This document shows positions 12,221 to 25,480 of a stretch of DNA of 64,000 bases, one piece after another (the stretch's first letter is position 1; each line of letters opens with the position of its first letter). The DNA lies in NCBI RefSeq assembly GCF_030684315.1, contig NC_081370.1, forward strand, positions 34,304,728-34,368,727, given 5' to 3'. The position numbers and the translations under genes were made by a program. Source of the DNA: Stegostoma tigrinum (Eukaryota). Below the pieces are notes generated by a model. That model was not told where the DNA came from. It did no database searches and worked only from the letters and a program-made list of their open reading frames with translations.

Positions 12221-12302
12221 TCCTGCACTGGTAATGTTAAAATTTGTATCAAAATCTTGTTTCCAAATTCTTCAGAGTGTCTCTCCTCCCTATGTTATTT
12301 TG

Positions 12303-12476
12303 CCTGCAACAGTAGTAGATTCGCCAACTTTAGGTGCATTTAAGTCGTCACTGGACAAGCATATGGACGTACATGGAATAGTGTAGGTTAGATGGGCTTG
12401 AGATCGGTATGACAGGTTGGCACAACATCGAGGGCCGAAGGGCCTGTACTGTGCGTAATGTTCTATGTTCTATGTT
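12303..12476 (+). mobile_element. CR1 3' end fragment
   Basis: cacaacatcgagggccgaagggcctgtactgtg followed by a (TTCTATG)n tail, same 3' end as the CR1 at 2766. Confidence 0.75.
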
Positions 12477-12736
12477 GTTCCTGTCCATTTAAGATCGTTA
12501 CTCTCCTCCAATCTTGGAATCTTAGAAAAACCTATCAAATTGCTCTCCCATTAATGGTTGCGCCTTCAACTTCCTCAGCCCTAAGGTCCAAAATTTTCCA
12601 CATATTTCTCTCTGCCTCTACCTCTCACTCTTAAGATGCTTCCTAACTGCCTTATTTAGCAAACCTGTGTATGATGGATCCTCTGGCAGGAGGTAACAAT
12701 GGTGTTGGAGAGCACTGAACAAGGGAGCAGAAGGAG

Positions 12737-12960
12737 ATAATGGGAACTGCAGATGCTGGAGAATTCCAAGATAATAAAATGTGAGGCTGGATGAACACAG
12801 CAGGCCAAGCAGCATCTCAGGAGCACAAAAGCTGACGTTTCGGGCCTAGACCCTTCATCAGAGAGTACTTCAGGGAAGGGTCTAGGCCCGAAACGTCAGC
12901 TTTTGTGCACCTGAGATGCTGCTTGGCCTGCTGTGTTCATGCAGCCTCACATTTTATTAT
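12737..12960. mobile_element. fold-back mini-element made of inverted PLE termini, 17-bp TSD
   Basis: Inverted arms about 12767-12856 / 12876-12961; TSD caagggagcagaaggag at 12720-12736 and 12961-12977; empty site in the paralogue at about 22224-22245. Confidence 0.85.
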
Positions 12961-13535
12961 CAAGGGAGCAGAAGGAGTTTGTTGGGAGCATCCTCCACCA
13001 GTAGGTCATGATAGTGAGGGACATCACCTGGAGCAGTTAAATGGAATCTCTCTGGGAAAAGTAAGGTGTAAAAAGTTCAGCAGACCGACAAAGGAATTCC
13101 TCAGTCCAGAATTAACCCCCAGGCTTCTTTGATGAAGAATGCTGCCAAAAGTTTCTTGTATACCCTCAATTTCTTCTCATGTCTGTAATAGCTTGATACC
13201 AATCACATAAAGAACCCTGCTCCTTCATCCTTGGGTCATCTGTACGTTCAAATTTCATATCGGTCTGCCTTACTAACGTCACATGCTACTTGGTCTAAAA
13301 TGATGATTACCATTTCCCCTTGTACGCAATGTGGCTCATTTTATCTCTTTAAAGTTGTGTGTAAATGTACATTATTGCAATTGATTGACAAAGTTGTATT
13401 TTGGCCTGTTGTCTATGTGTTATCTGTAAACATTAGCCAACAGCACTATTCCAATTCTTTTTACTCCATACTGAGGCTGATATTGTTTGCAGCGTAATTT
13501 GCTCAGCATTCATATAGAATCTCTAATCTGTAAAG

Positions 13536-13643
13536 GTAAAGAACACCATATGGATGCAAATATGCCAGGCACTGATCACCAAAAACAAGATCAGTTGCAA
13601 GATGAAAATAAACAGGAAGCTGAAGTTGGAATTGATCAAGAAG
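13536..13643 (+). pseudogene. acidic-repeat exon type A, splice donor lost
   Basis: 108-nt open frame GKEHHMDANMPGTDHQKQDQLQDENKQEAEVGIDQE homologous to the other repeat exons; acceptor aag, donor position reads TTAAC rather than GTAAC. Confidence 0.55.
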
Positions 13644-14172
13644 TTAACAATTAAAAATAATTTGTTCCATATAATTGGGGGATACAGAAAAGGAGTTCAG
13701 TAACATAACTCTTTTATAACCTAAAAGGAAAGACAGTCTGGTGGAGATACATTAGATTCAAACGTATACAGAAAAAGACTCTCAAATCTAGTTGTGCATG
13801 GTATTTAAGATGGTCAAGATCTTCAAGGTTCCATGAATATCTGCGAGGATTGCAACCTGAAACGCAATGGTATTTTCACTTTGTATTTCCAATGCTGATT
13901 CCAAGGCTCTCCCAACTTTCATTCCCAGCATGCCTCGTGGGGTAAATGCTGCCAATCTAATTCCCCTCCCACTTCCAGCACTGACACTTTCCAGCCTGTC
14001 AGCGGATTGGTGACAATTGGGTAAAGTTGTATTTCAGCCGACTGAGCACGTGCTATCCGTGAACATTAGTTCACAGCACCGTTATTGTTCCTTCTTCTCC
14101 ATACTCAGCTTTATGTTGTTGATTTTGTTATTGGCTTTGCATTAATGTGGAAATTTTTAGAAATCTTCTCAG

Positions 14173-14280
14173 GTGAAGAAAGCCAGACGGAGCAGGCAAA
14201 GCAAATCATTGGTCATCTCAACCAAGACCACTTGCAAAATGAAAACAAGCAGGTAGCTGAAGTTGGAATGAGTCAAAAAG
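14173..14280 (+). CDS. acidic 36-aa repeat exon type B
   Basis: tcttctcag|GT...AAAG|gtaac; 108 nt, phase 1-1; GEESQTEQAKQIIGHLNQDHLQNENKQVAEVGMSQK. Confidence 0.65.
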
Positions 14281-15708
14281 GTAACAGTTTCAGGAAAGTT
14301 AAAATATTTTGTAGAATACAATTCAGAGATGCAGAAAAGGTGCAAATAACATGATTCGATTTATAACTCAGAGGGAAGGACAATCTGCGAGGAGCACTTT
14401 AAATTCAAATTGTTTTGAATCATTTCGAAAAAGTCTCAAGTGGAGCAAGTAGAACAGAAGAGAAAGCCAGCAGAGGAATATAGGGCAAGATCCAAGGTCA
14501 CAAATGTCATAGAATAGATCCAGCGTCGACATTAATAGGTGAACATGGAATAGTTCTGCTGGAAGTAAATCAGACACATTTACGGGTGTGGGAGGTGGCG
14601 GTGAGTGACGTGAAGATGGGAAATTGCTGGGTGCGAAGCTGAGGAGACAGAACAGAGAATAAGAGTTCATGGTCAGAATAAAGCTGAAAGAATTACGGAT
14701 GCTGGAACTCACAAGCAAAAACAGAAATTAATGAAAGAACACAACAGGTCAAGCAGCATTTGTCAAGAGAAATCAGCATTCATGTTTCGGGCCCAATGAG
14801 CCGTTCTCGGGACAAGTGGTAACCATGAAAGATTTGTTTTTTATTCAGTATCTCAGATGGGGAAAGGGTGTAAGGAGCAAACTGAGGGTAGAGACAGAGC
14901 CCAAAAACCGAGAAGATAGTTGGAAAGACAAAGGACTGGATAACCATCAGCCTGGGAGGAAGACTAGCTGCTGACGGGGACTATTAGTGACTAACCAAGA
15001 GTTGTATATTAAAGCAGACCGTGTGATAAAATAGCCTGGTGTGTGGAGGTTGGTGTAAGGACCTGGGATAAGGAGCCTCAAGCCCTAAAATTATTGAGCT
15101 TGACATTGAGTTGAAAAAGTTGCAGTGTTCCCATGTAGTAAACGTAGTACTCTTCTTCCAGCCTGCACTGAGCTCCACTGGAGTACTACAGCAAGCCTGA
15201 CATAGAGAAAATGGCCAGGAGCAGGGCGATGTGAGGAAGTGGCAAGCAACTGGAACCACAGGGTGTCGTTTTTTTAGCAGACAGAATGTAGATAGTCTGC
15301 AAAGTAGTGTGACGCAGAAGAGGAGATCAAAGTTTACATGCCTCTCTTCTGCTGATCTATCTGTCAGGAATGTTTTCTCTGTGAGGTTGCCTGTGAGGAC
15401 TTATAGCTAGAAGTGCTGTGGTACCTTTTATGGGCAGATAGTGCATTCTTTTGAGAGCTTAGCAATTTCTTGTGACAGCTAGATGCAAATTTCTCAGATG
15501 GTGGTTTGCTCTCACACTGATTTTCAAAAACTCTCTCTTTATACACCTTGGATGACGTATCAATTTTCTTACAATAGCATTGGACCAATAGCACTGTGAA
15601 CATGACCAACAGCACTATTGTTGTTCTTTCTCCTCCATAGCAAGGTTGATATTGTTTACAGTGTTATTTGCTTTGCATTAATGTAGAAATTCTGAAATGT
15701 CTACACAG

Positions 15709-15816
15709 GTGAAGAAAGCCAGACAGATCAGGGAGAGCAAGTCACTGATCACCTCAACCAAGAACACTTGCAAAATGAAAATCAGCAGGAAGCTGAAGTT
15801 GGAAATAGTCAAAAAG
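15709..15816 (+). CDS. acidic 36-aa repeat exon type C
   Basis: ctacacag|GT...AAAG|gtaat; 108 nt, phase 1-1; GEESQTDQGEQVTDHLNQEHLQNENQQEAEVGNSQK. Confidence 0.65.
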
Positions 15817-17569
15817 GTAATAATGTCAGGAAAGTTTTAGTATTTTGTGTAATATAATTCAGAGATGCAGAAAAGGTGCACAATAACATGATTCAATTTA
15901 TAACGTAGAGTAAAGGACAGTCTGAGTGAAGCACTTGAAGTTCAAATTGATTCAAATAAAATTGAAAAGTAACAAGTGGAGCAAGTGGAACAGAAGAGAA
16001 AGCCAGGAGTGGATTAAAGGGCAAGATCCAAGGTTACCAATGTCACAGAATAGTTCCAGAATATCCGTTAATAGTAGAATATGGATAAGTTCTTTTGTAA
16101 GTTAATTAGACACATTTACGGGGGTGGGAGGTGGCGGTGAGTGACATGGAGATGGAAAGTGGGTGGGTGCGAAGCTGAGGAGACAGAACAGAGAATAGAG
16201 TTCATAGTCAAAATAAAAACTGAAATAATTACAGATGCTGGATATCACAAGCAAAAACAGAAATTAATGGAAGAACTCAACAGGTCCAGCAGTGTCTGTC
16301 AAGAGAAATCAGAATTCATGTTTCTGATCCAGTGACCCTTCCTTGGAACTAATGGTAGCCAGGAAAGGGTTGTTTTTTTTTATTGCAGAAGATAGAATGG
16401 GGAAAGGGTGTAAGGAGCAAACGAAAGGTGGAGTCACATCCCAAAGACAGAGAAGAACAGTTGGAAAGACAAAGGACTGGATAGCGATCAGCCTGGGAGA
16501 AAGACTAGCTGCCGATGGGGACTATTAGTGGCGAACGAAGAGTTGTTTATTAAAGCAGACCATGTGATACAATGGCCTGGTGTGTGGAGGTTGGTGTAAG
16601 GGCATGGGATAAGGTGCCTGAAATCCTATAATTATTGAACAGGTGTTACACTTCCTGCTGCTGCCGGGGTTTGGGGTGTGTGTTGTCAATGAAGGAGAAG
16701 TCGACATGGTGTCTCGAAGGGAATGGTCCTCGATGAACACTTATAGAGGAGGGGAGGGGTACATGCGCGGGGTCGAGGCATCCTACTCGAGGTGGCGGAC
16801 GTGGCAGCCTATGGGTGTAGATCCTGCTGGGATGGTAGTTGAGGACAAGGGGAAGCCTATCACTGTTGTAGGAGGGAAGAGCGGGAGTGAGAACTGAGAT
16901 GTGGGAGATGGATCAGATCCTGACAGTGTGGCCTGTTGGTTATGTTGCTGGGGACTCCTTGGCTGACAAAGAAGGTGGACATTTTGAAGTCCTCCTTGTC
17001 AAAGTTGGAATCATCAGAACAGGTGCAGTGGAGACAGAAAAACTGGGAAAATGGAATAGTGTCTTTCCAGGAAGCGCGCTGTGAGGATTATAGTCAAGGT
17101 AACTGTGGCATTCTGCTCATTTCCACTTGATATTGGTGGCCAATTTATCCGCAGAAATGGAAACGGAGCTGCCGAGTCAGAGATGGACGAGGTAAAAGTG
17201 AGAGTGGGTGGAAATTGAAAGAGAAATTGAGCAATCTTTCCATTTACAGAAGAGAAAGGGAGGCAGCACCAATACCCAATGACTTCATGGTTTGAACTTG
17301 TTTCATTCAATGTTGAATCCAAAAGGCTGTAAAGTGCTTAAAACGAAAATGAGGTGCTATTCCTTCGGCTTGCGTTGGGCTTCACGTGAACATCACTGCA
17401 GACCAAGATCAGAAATGAGCAGAAAGGCAAGAGGCAGATTGAGCAGAGGGAATCCAGAAACATAGCAGACAGTCATTGGGCAAGGAGACATGGCTTTGAA
17501 AGTGAATTTTGGTTACTACGTGATTAGATACCAGATGGGAAATGGAAAGCAATGAAGGTGAACAGGATG

Positions 17570-18530
17570 GAAGAGACAAAGTGTTGTCACGGGAGCCTTG
17601 GGAAGTTCTTGAAGTACATCTTGTACATGGTGCAACCTGCTTTCACTCTTGGTTGAGGGAGTTTAAGGTTAAGCTCATGGATAAGGCGACGATTGAGTGG
17701 CTGCTTTGTCCTGGATGTTGTCATGGTTCCTGAGTGCTGTTAGAATTACACTCATTCAGGAAATTGGAGACTATCCTATCATACTCCTGACCTCTGCCTT
17801 GATAATGGTGAACCAGCTCTGGGGAGTCAGGAGAGGAATTAATCTATTTCAGATAATCCGATTCTCAGCCTGTGACTAAGTCTTGGTTCAGTCCAATTTC
17901 TGGCCACAGGTTAGCCTGACAATTTTGACAGTGGAGGATTCAGCTGATGTCATTAGATGTCGAGATAAGAAGGTTACATCGCCCGTTATTGGAGGTGGAA
18001 GTTGATATTTGTGAGGTGCCAATCTTGCTGCTATGTACAGGCGTAGTCTGCTTCAGTATCACAGAGTCCTGAATGGAACAGAACATTGAGCAAACATCAA
18101 CAAACGTTCTCACTTCTGACTTTATTATGGGGCCAGGTCATTGGTGAGGCAACTGAAGGTGGTCACATGTAGGACACTACCTTGACAACAGCCTGCAGTG
18201 ATGTCCTAAAGCTGAAATGATTCACCTCCAAGAAGCACCTAGTCTCCTTTGTGCTGGGTATGACTCCAACCAGTGGAGGTTTGCTCTCCAATTCACCATG
18301 AGTCCATACTTGGTAGGGGTCCTTCATACCAGCCTTGGTTAAATGCTGCCATGTTGTCAACACAGTCTCTCTCACATTACCTCTTGAGTTGACTTGCTTT
18401 CTCCATGCTTGATGAAGGTCGTATTGAGGTCAGAAGCTGAATGGCCTTAGCAAAAACAGAATATCAATGAGCTAGTTATTGAGCGGTAGAGTATTGGTCA
18501 TTACCTCCATCACTTTGCAGATGATAGATG
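17570..18530 (-). mobile_element. degraded L2/CR1-group LINE RT fragment (duplicate at about 29180-30140)
   Basis: Minus-strand remnants of ALD..AAFD.VW and AGV.QGSVL motifs. Confidence 0.55.
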
Positions 18531-19422
18531 ATGCAATTCTGAATGGACACAACAGCAATAATAGTAAGCAATCAAGTTAAATAGCAGTTCAGTGAGTCAA
18601 ACTCTGCTCACTTACCTGTTCCTCTTCAGCAGGAATCTGTTGTTCACATCTGTGGAAGAGCAATGATTTCTCAATGAGGAATTAATGTTTGGATTGATTT
18701 TAATTCTTCGCTCATTTTGACTGTCATCTGGCCTCATTATGATTAATATGCTGGCGAGCATCAGGGTCTCCCATTATAAAACTGTAATAGCACACCTTAT
18801 GTTCTTACGGTTCACAGCAATGATCAAAGTGGCTGTCAGGACCTTGACATTTCAGAGTATGCAGCTGACCAATGAGAAAAGGGGACATGATATGCCTTCC
18901 TGTGACAGTCCTGTTTTGAGGAGAACTGCCAGCATGGAAATATGGCTCTACATTTTGAGGGGCTTCGAGTGGAATCACACCTCAGAAATGTGGAGCTTCT
19001 TTCTTATATAAAAGCAAAGGAGCCAGACTTATTGTACTTGCTAATGCTCAGAATATCCTGCCCATTAAAACACGGCACTTGGTGCGTATCTACACAGTGA
19101 TTTCCATGGGGTTGACATTCAATGAACTTGCAGTTCACTAAACCTTCCAGGACAAAGTGCCTTTGCTTCTAAACTTCCCACAAGTGGGTCGTGTTAAAGT
19201 ATTCACTCAAAGTGCCCAGAACAGTGGTTGCTCAGCTTACCAGTGGAAGTTCAGTAGATTTAGGCATAACATTAAATTGTACAAACTGAGAATCAAACAA
19301 TCTTGTTCAAATTATACAATAAATGGTGCGTTCAGTTCATAATTTGTGTCTAAACAAGAAAGCAAAGCAGAGAGCTTGGACAAATGTTTATATCACATTT
19401 ATGTTTTATTTTTATATCATAG

Positions 19423-19845
19423 TTCTGCATATAATTAGTGATATCAAGACACCGTTTGAAATCAGAGATGGTGTGGAAAGCCGTCTGAATTGGAAAGTTG
19501 CTGTAGTCAGCCCAGGAGTGGTGACTATTGTTACATCGATCAAAAGGAAGCACGAAAAGGATGAAAAGAAATTATTTCACTGGCAATCTGAAGCGCCACA
19601 GTCAGGACCAAGGAGAGTAACTTCTCCCCTCAAAAGTCTATCAGGCTCATGTGAGAAAGATGATTCCTTCTGTGCAGAAGAGCCAGAATTACACCGCAGT
19701 TCTGACGGGACGTTCTTCATTCCCTGCACAATTACAATGCATCCCAATGTATCCAAGGATGATGGTGCTGTGGTAACGATCAAAGTTGAACAGGATTCCA
19801 TTGGCAAAGTCCTCACTAAACAAATAGAACTAAAAGTCACAGCAG
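19423..19845 (+). CDS. internal exon, degenerate C1-set-like Ig domain, copy 2
   Basis: atcatag|TT acceptor, CAG|GTAATT donor, 423 nt phase 1-1, open frame, near-identical to copy 1. Confidence 0.8.
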
Positions 19846-20789
19846 GTAATTTTGTCCATCCAGAAATAATTGTACACATGATGGTAAAAATGTGCTGCTA
19901 TATATTCTTGTTGCCAGCATAAGCTTATCTGAAAATGTTATTTCCCATACGTACTGTGATTAGATACAATGAACCGTGCACCAGTTTGAGGTGTGGAACC
20001 ATAGATGTGGGATTTAGGTCAGAGATCATTTGCTTTTTTACTCAGAACTATGTCATTGAACTGAAAGCACTTTTTGCAGCCGTTTTGCAAGTGCAGGAAG
20101 TGATTGGGAAAGCAGGGAGATTGGAGAGCAAGAATAAAACAAGTTCTCCAGTAGTGCAGATCTTTGGAATCCTCTCGAACAAAAATGTAAATAACTGAAA
20201 AATCTCAGCAGATGTGACAGCGTCTATGCAGAGAAATCAGAGATAACAATTCAGGTCCTGTGACCCTTCTTCAGAATGGAGCCCTCTAATGAGGGCTGAG
20301 ATGGGGCAGAATTTGTTAGGTGCATCCATGAGGGTTTCTTGAGAAACAAGATCTAAATAGTCCAACGAGGGAAGGAGCTGCACTAGATCTTGTTTTGGAG
20401 ATTGATTCTGGCCTGGTGTTCGAAGTTTTAGTGGGAGAACATTTTGGGAACAGTGATCATAATTCCATAATATTTTTCAGATAGTTATGGATAAGGATAA
20501 GACTGATTCTTAGCTCATAGTGCGATATTGGAGAAGACCATAAGTCGATATTCCACTTGATGAATTGACATGCTCAGAAACATCAGTAGTCTTCATTGAG
20601 GATGAATTATCTTTACTGTATGGAATCCTCTCTCCATTTCTGCTAGGTTCTGAGGGAACGCTCTCTATCTTTACTCCGATACAGTTTTACTACACATTTC
20701 TGAAGATTCCTTTTGTTGTCCCATTACTGCCATAGATCCCCCGTTTCATTTCAAGCAATTAGATTTAGTACATCTTTTGCATCGTTTTC

Positions 20790-21660
20790 TTATAAGACTG
20801 TAAGATGTATGAGCACTTGTAGGCAATTCAGACCATCAAGTCTGCTCTGCCGTTTGATCTTGGCTGATGTGTTTCTCAACGTCATTATTTTGCCATTTCT
20901 CCGCAACCTTTGATCAATGAAGAATCTATGTGTTTCTGTCTTAAATCCAAAGAATGATTTGGCTTCCACAGGCCTCTGCAGCAATAAACATGCCACAAAT
21001 TAACCACCCTCAGGTTAAAGAAATTCCTCCTCATCTCATTTCTGAAGGGTTTTTTCCCTTCATTCTGAGGCTGTGCCTTCTGGCTGTCATCTCCCCTACT
21101 CTGGAAAGATCTTTTCCATATCCACTCTGTCCACACCTCTCAGAATTCTATAAGCTTCAATCACATTTCCTCTCATTCTTCTAAACCTCATTGAGTACAG
21201 ACCCCAAGCTGTGAACCACTCTTCATGTGACATGCTTTTCATCCCCAGAATCATTGTTACAAACCACCAGTGGGCCTCCTCCAATGTTAGTACATCCTTG
21301 CTTTGATGCATGGACCCAACCTGCTCTGAATATTCCCAAACCAGTCTGACCAGGGCTCTATTTCACCTCAGCAGTACATCCTTGCTGTTGTATTCTAACC
21401 CTTTGGAAATGATTTCTAACATTATATTTGCCTTCCAAATCACCAGCTCCACTTGCCGATTTATCTCAAGACAACTGCCTTTGTGCTTCAGATTTCTGAA
21501 GCCTTTCTCCATTTAGGCAATAATTTATACCTTTATTCTTACTACCAAAGTGCATAACCTCACACTTTTCCGCATTGTGTTCAATCTGCCACTGCTTCGC
21601 CCACTACCCCGGCCTGTCCAAGTCCTTCTGCAGCCTCCTTGCATCCTCCACACTGTCTGC
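20790..21660 (-). mobile_element. CR1 3' fragment (duplicate at about 32400-33355)
   Basis: RRMRGN.IE.YRIL.G.DRVD...IFP and RRNFF..RVVNLW motifs. Confidence 0.75.
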
Positions 21661-22796
21661 ATGCACAGCATGTAACAAACCAGACACGATAAAATTCGGA
21701 CAAAACAAAGCCAAGGTAATCCTGAAACACGGACACCGAAAGCTGGAGAAATCCATAAATCATCCATGCTTTTGTCACATACAGGGTTGGCTATTCTTGT
21801 GCACGTTTATCCAGCATCCAATCTTTCACGCTTTTGCAATGTAAGCTCATTCAAAATCTGAACCTATTGTAACTCTCACCAATATCTGTTTGCCCATTAC
21901 CCCAGGGCTTACATTTGGCCCCGAGCCTGGTAATTTTAAAATCTTCCTTCAAAAAGATGGTTCTAAATGCTTCCATAGTGTCACTCCTCGCTACAGTATT
22001 AACTGTTACCCCACCCTCCACCAATCTTGGAATCTTACAAAAACCTATCAAATTGCTCTGTCACTGATGGTTGCACCTTGAGCTGTCGAAGCCTAAATTT
22101 TCTACATGTTCCTCTTTACCTGCAACTCTCATTCTGAACATGTTACTTAGTGGCCTCATTTATCACAACTTAATGTGATGGTCCCCGAAGCAGCAGGTGA
22201 TGATTGTGTTGGAGAGCGCTGAGCAAGGGAGCTCAGTAGTTTGTTGGGGCATCCTCCACCAGCAGGCCATGCCAGTGAGGGACATCACCTGGAGCAGTTA
22301 AATGGAATCTCTCTGGGAAAAATAAGGTGTAAAAACATCAGCAGACAGACAAAGGAATTCCTCAGCCCAGAATTAACCCCCAGGCTTCTTTGATGGAGAA
22401 TGCTGCCAATAGTTTCTTGTATACCCTCAATTTCTTCTCATGTCTGTAATAGCTTGATACCAATCACATAAAGAACCCTGCTCCTTCATCCTTGGGTCAT
22501 CTGTACGTTCAAATTTCATATCGGTCTGCCTTACTAACGTCACATGCTACTTGGTCTCAAATGATGATTACCATTTCCCCTTGTACGCAATGTGGTTCAT
22601 TTTATCTCTTTAAAGTTGTGTGTAAATGTACATTATTGCAATTGATTGACAAAGTTGTATTTTGGCCTGTTGTCTATGTGTTATCTGTAAACATTAGCCA
22701 ACGGCACAATTCCAATTCTTTTTACTCCATACTGAGGCTGATATTGTTTGCAGCGTAATTTGCTCAGCATTCAAATAGAATCTCTAATCTGTAAAG

Positions 22797-22904
22797 GTAA
22801 AGAACACCATATGGATGCAAATATGCCAGGCACTGATCACCAAAAACAAGATCAGTTGCAAGATGAAAATAACCAGGAAGCTGGAGTTGGAATTGATCAA
22901 GAAG
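22797..22904 (+). pseudogene. acidic-repeat exon type A copy 2, donor lost
   Basis: Copy of 13536-13643 with the same TT in place of GT. Confidence 0.55.
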
Positions 22905-23433
22905 TTAACAATTAAAAATAATTTGTTCCATATAATTGGGGGATACAGAAAAGGAGTTCAGTAACATAACTCTTTTATAACCTAAAAGGAAAGACAGTCT
23001 GGTGGAGATACATTAGATTCAAACGTATACAGAAAAAGACTCTCAAATCTAGTTGTGCATGGTATTTAAGATGGTCAAGATCTTCAAGGTTCCATGAATA
23101 TCTGCGAGGATTGCAACCTGAAACGCAATGGTATTTTCACTTTGTATTTCCAATGCTGATTCCAAGGCTCTCCCAACTTTCATTCCCAGCATGCCTCGTG
23201 GGGTAAATGCTGCCAATCTAATTCCCCTCCCACTTCCAGCACTGACACTTTCCAGCCTGTCAGCGGATTGGTGACAATTGGGTAAAGTTGTATTTCAGCC
23301 GACTGAGCACGTGCTATCCGTGAACATTAGTTCACAGCACCGTTATTGTTCCTTCTTCTCCATACTCAGCTTTATGTTGTTGATTTTGTTATTGGCTTTG
23401 CATTAATGTGGAAATTTTTAGAAATCTTCTCAG

Positions 23434-23541
23434 GTGAAGAAAGCCAGACGGAGCAGGCAAAGCAAATCATTGGTCATCTCAACCAAGACCACTTGCAAAA
23501 TGAAAACAAGCAGGTAGCTGAAGTTGGAATGAGTCAAAAAG
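23434..23541 (+). CDS. acidic repeat exon type B copy 2
   Basis: cag|GT...AAAG|gtaac, 108 nt, same peptide as 14173. Confidence 0.65.
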
Positions 23542-24194
23542 GTAACAATTTCAGGAAAGTTAAAATATTTTGTAGAATACAATTCAGAGATGCAGAAAAG
23601 GTGCACAATAACATGATTCGATTGAAAACTCAAAGGGAAGGACAATCTGCGAGGAGCACTTTAAATTCAAATTGTTTCGAATCATATTGAAAAAGTCTCA
23701 AGTGGAGCAAGTGGAACGGAAGAGAAAGCCAGCAGAGGAAGATAGCGCAAGATGCAAGGTCACAAATGTCACAGAATAGATCCAGCGTCGACATTAAGAG
23801 TTGAACATGGAATAGTTCTGCTGGAAGTAAATCAGACACATTTACGGGTGTGGGAGGTGGCGGTGAGTGACGTGAAGATGGGAAATTGCTGGGTGCAAAG
23901 CTGAGGAGACAGAACAGAGAATAGAGTTCATGGTCAGAATAAAACTGCAAGAATTCCGGATGCTGGAAATCACAAGCAAAAACAGAAATTAATGGAAGAA
24001 CACAAAAGGTCAAGCAGCATTTGTCAAGAGAAATCAGCATTCATGTTTCGGGTCCAATGAGCCGTTCTCGGGACAAATGGTAACAAGGAAAGATTTGTTT
24101 TTTATGCAGAATCTCGGATGCGGAAAGGGTGTAAGGAGCAAACGGAAGGTAGAGACAGAGCCCAGAAACAGAGAAGATAGTTGGAAAGACAAAG

Positions 24195-24353
24195 TGATAA
24201 TAGGAACTGCAGATGCTGGAGAATCCAAGAGAACAAAGTGTGGAGCTGGAGCTGTGCCTCTCTGATGAAGGGTCTAGGCCTGAAACATCAGCTTTTGTGC
24301 TCCTGAGATGCTGCTTGGCCTGCTGTGTTCATCCAGCTCCACACTTTGTTATC
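24195..24353. mobile_element. short inverted PLE-terminus insertion with 14-bp TSD (copy at 26135-26293)
   Basis: TSD ttggaaagacaaag (24181-24194) / ttggaaagagaaag (24354-24367); empty site at about 14920-14935; contains CTGATGA..GAAAC core. Confidence 0.8.
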
Positions 24354-25372
24354 TTGGAAAGAGAAAGGACTGGATAACAATCAGACTGGGAGGAAGACTA
24401 GCTGCTGACGGGGACCATTACTGACTAACCAAGAGTTGTATATTAAAGCAGACCGTGTGATAAAATAGCCTGGTGTGTGGAGGTTGGTGTAAGGGCCTGG
24501 GATAAGGAGCCTCAAGCCCTAAAATTATTGAGCTTGACATTGAGTTGAAAAAGTTGCAGTGTTCCCATGTAGTAAACGTAGTACTCTTCTTCCAACTTGC
24601 ACTGAGCTCCACTGGAGTACCACAGCAGGCCTGAGATAAGGACAATGGCCAGGAGCAGGGCGTTGTGAGCAAGTGGCAAGCAACTGGAACCACAGGGTGT
24701 CGTTTTTTTTTGCAGACAGAATGTAGATAGTCTGCAAAGTAGTGTTACGCAGTAGAGAGGTTAAATGAAACAAAATCCCTGATATTCACTTTACAAGTAA
24801 TAAGTAACAGTTTATTTATTTAATTCTGACAGTGAACAAGTTAACAGAATTATGACGAAGACAAACAATTCCCCCTTAACTGCGAGCTAATCCCAAACTG
24901 AACTAAATTCTACTGGTGTGCTGTTCAAATAAACACAAATCCCACGTATATAAACCTAAGTCATAAGAAAATAAATTAAATCTTTGTCTCTCAAAGTTTA
25001 CATGCCTCTCTTCTGCTGATCTATCTGTCAGGAATGTTTTCTCTGTGAGGTTGCCTGTGAGGACTTATAGCTAGAAGTGCTGTGGTACCTTTTATGGGCA
25101 GATAGTGCATTCTTTTGAGAGCTTAGCAATTTCTTGTGACAGCTAGATGCAAATTTCTCAGATGGTGGTTTGCTCTCACACTGATTTTCAAAAACTCTCT
25201 CTTTATACACCTTGGATGACGTATCAATTTTCTTACAATAGCATTGGTCCAATAGCACTGTGAACATGACCAACAGCACTATTGTTGTTCTTCCTCCTCC
25301 ATAGCAAGGTTGATATTGTTTACAGTGTTATTTGCTTTGCATTAATGTAGAAATTCTGAAATGTCTACACAG

Positions 25373-25480
25373 GTGAAGAAAGCCAGACAGATCAGGGAGA
25401 GCAAGTCAATGATCATCTCAACCAAGAACACTTGCAAAATGAAAATCAGCAGGAAGCTGAAGTTGGAAATAGTCAAAAAG
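25373..25480 (+). CDS. acidic repeat exon type C copy 2
   Basis: cag|GT...AAAG|gtaat, 108 nt; GEESQTDQGEQVNDHLNQEHLQNENQQEAEVGNSQK. Confidence 0.65.

Larger units (their letters stand above)
13020..15320 (+). repeat. segmental duplication, paralogous to about 22280-24760 (offset 9261)
   Basis: Near-identical sequence including exons A and B. Confidence 0.9.
15327..21920 (+). repeat. ~6.6-kb segmental duplication, paralogous to 26933-33615 (offset 11606)
   Basis: Near-identical sequence; the same ORFs recur in the track at +11606. Confidence 0.95.
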
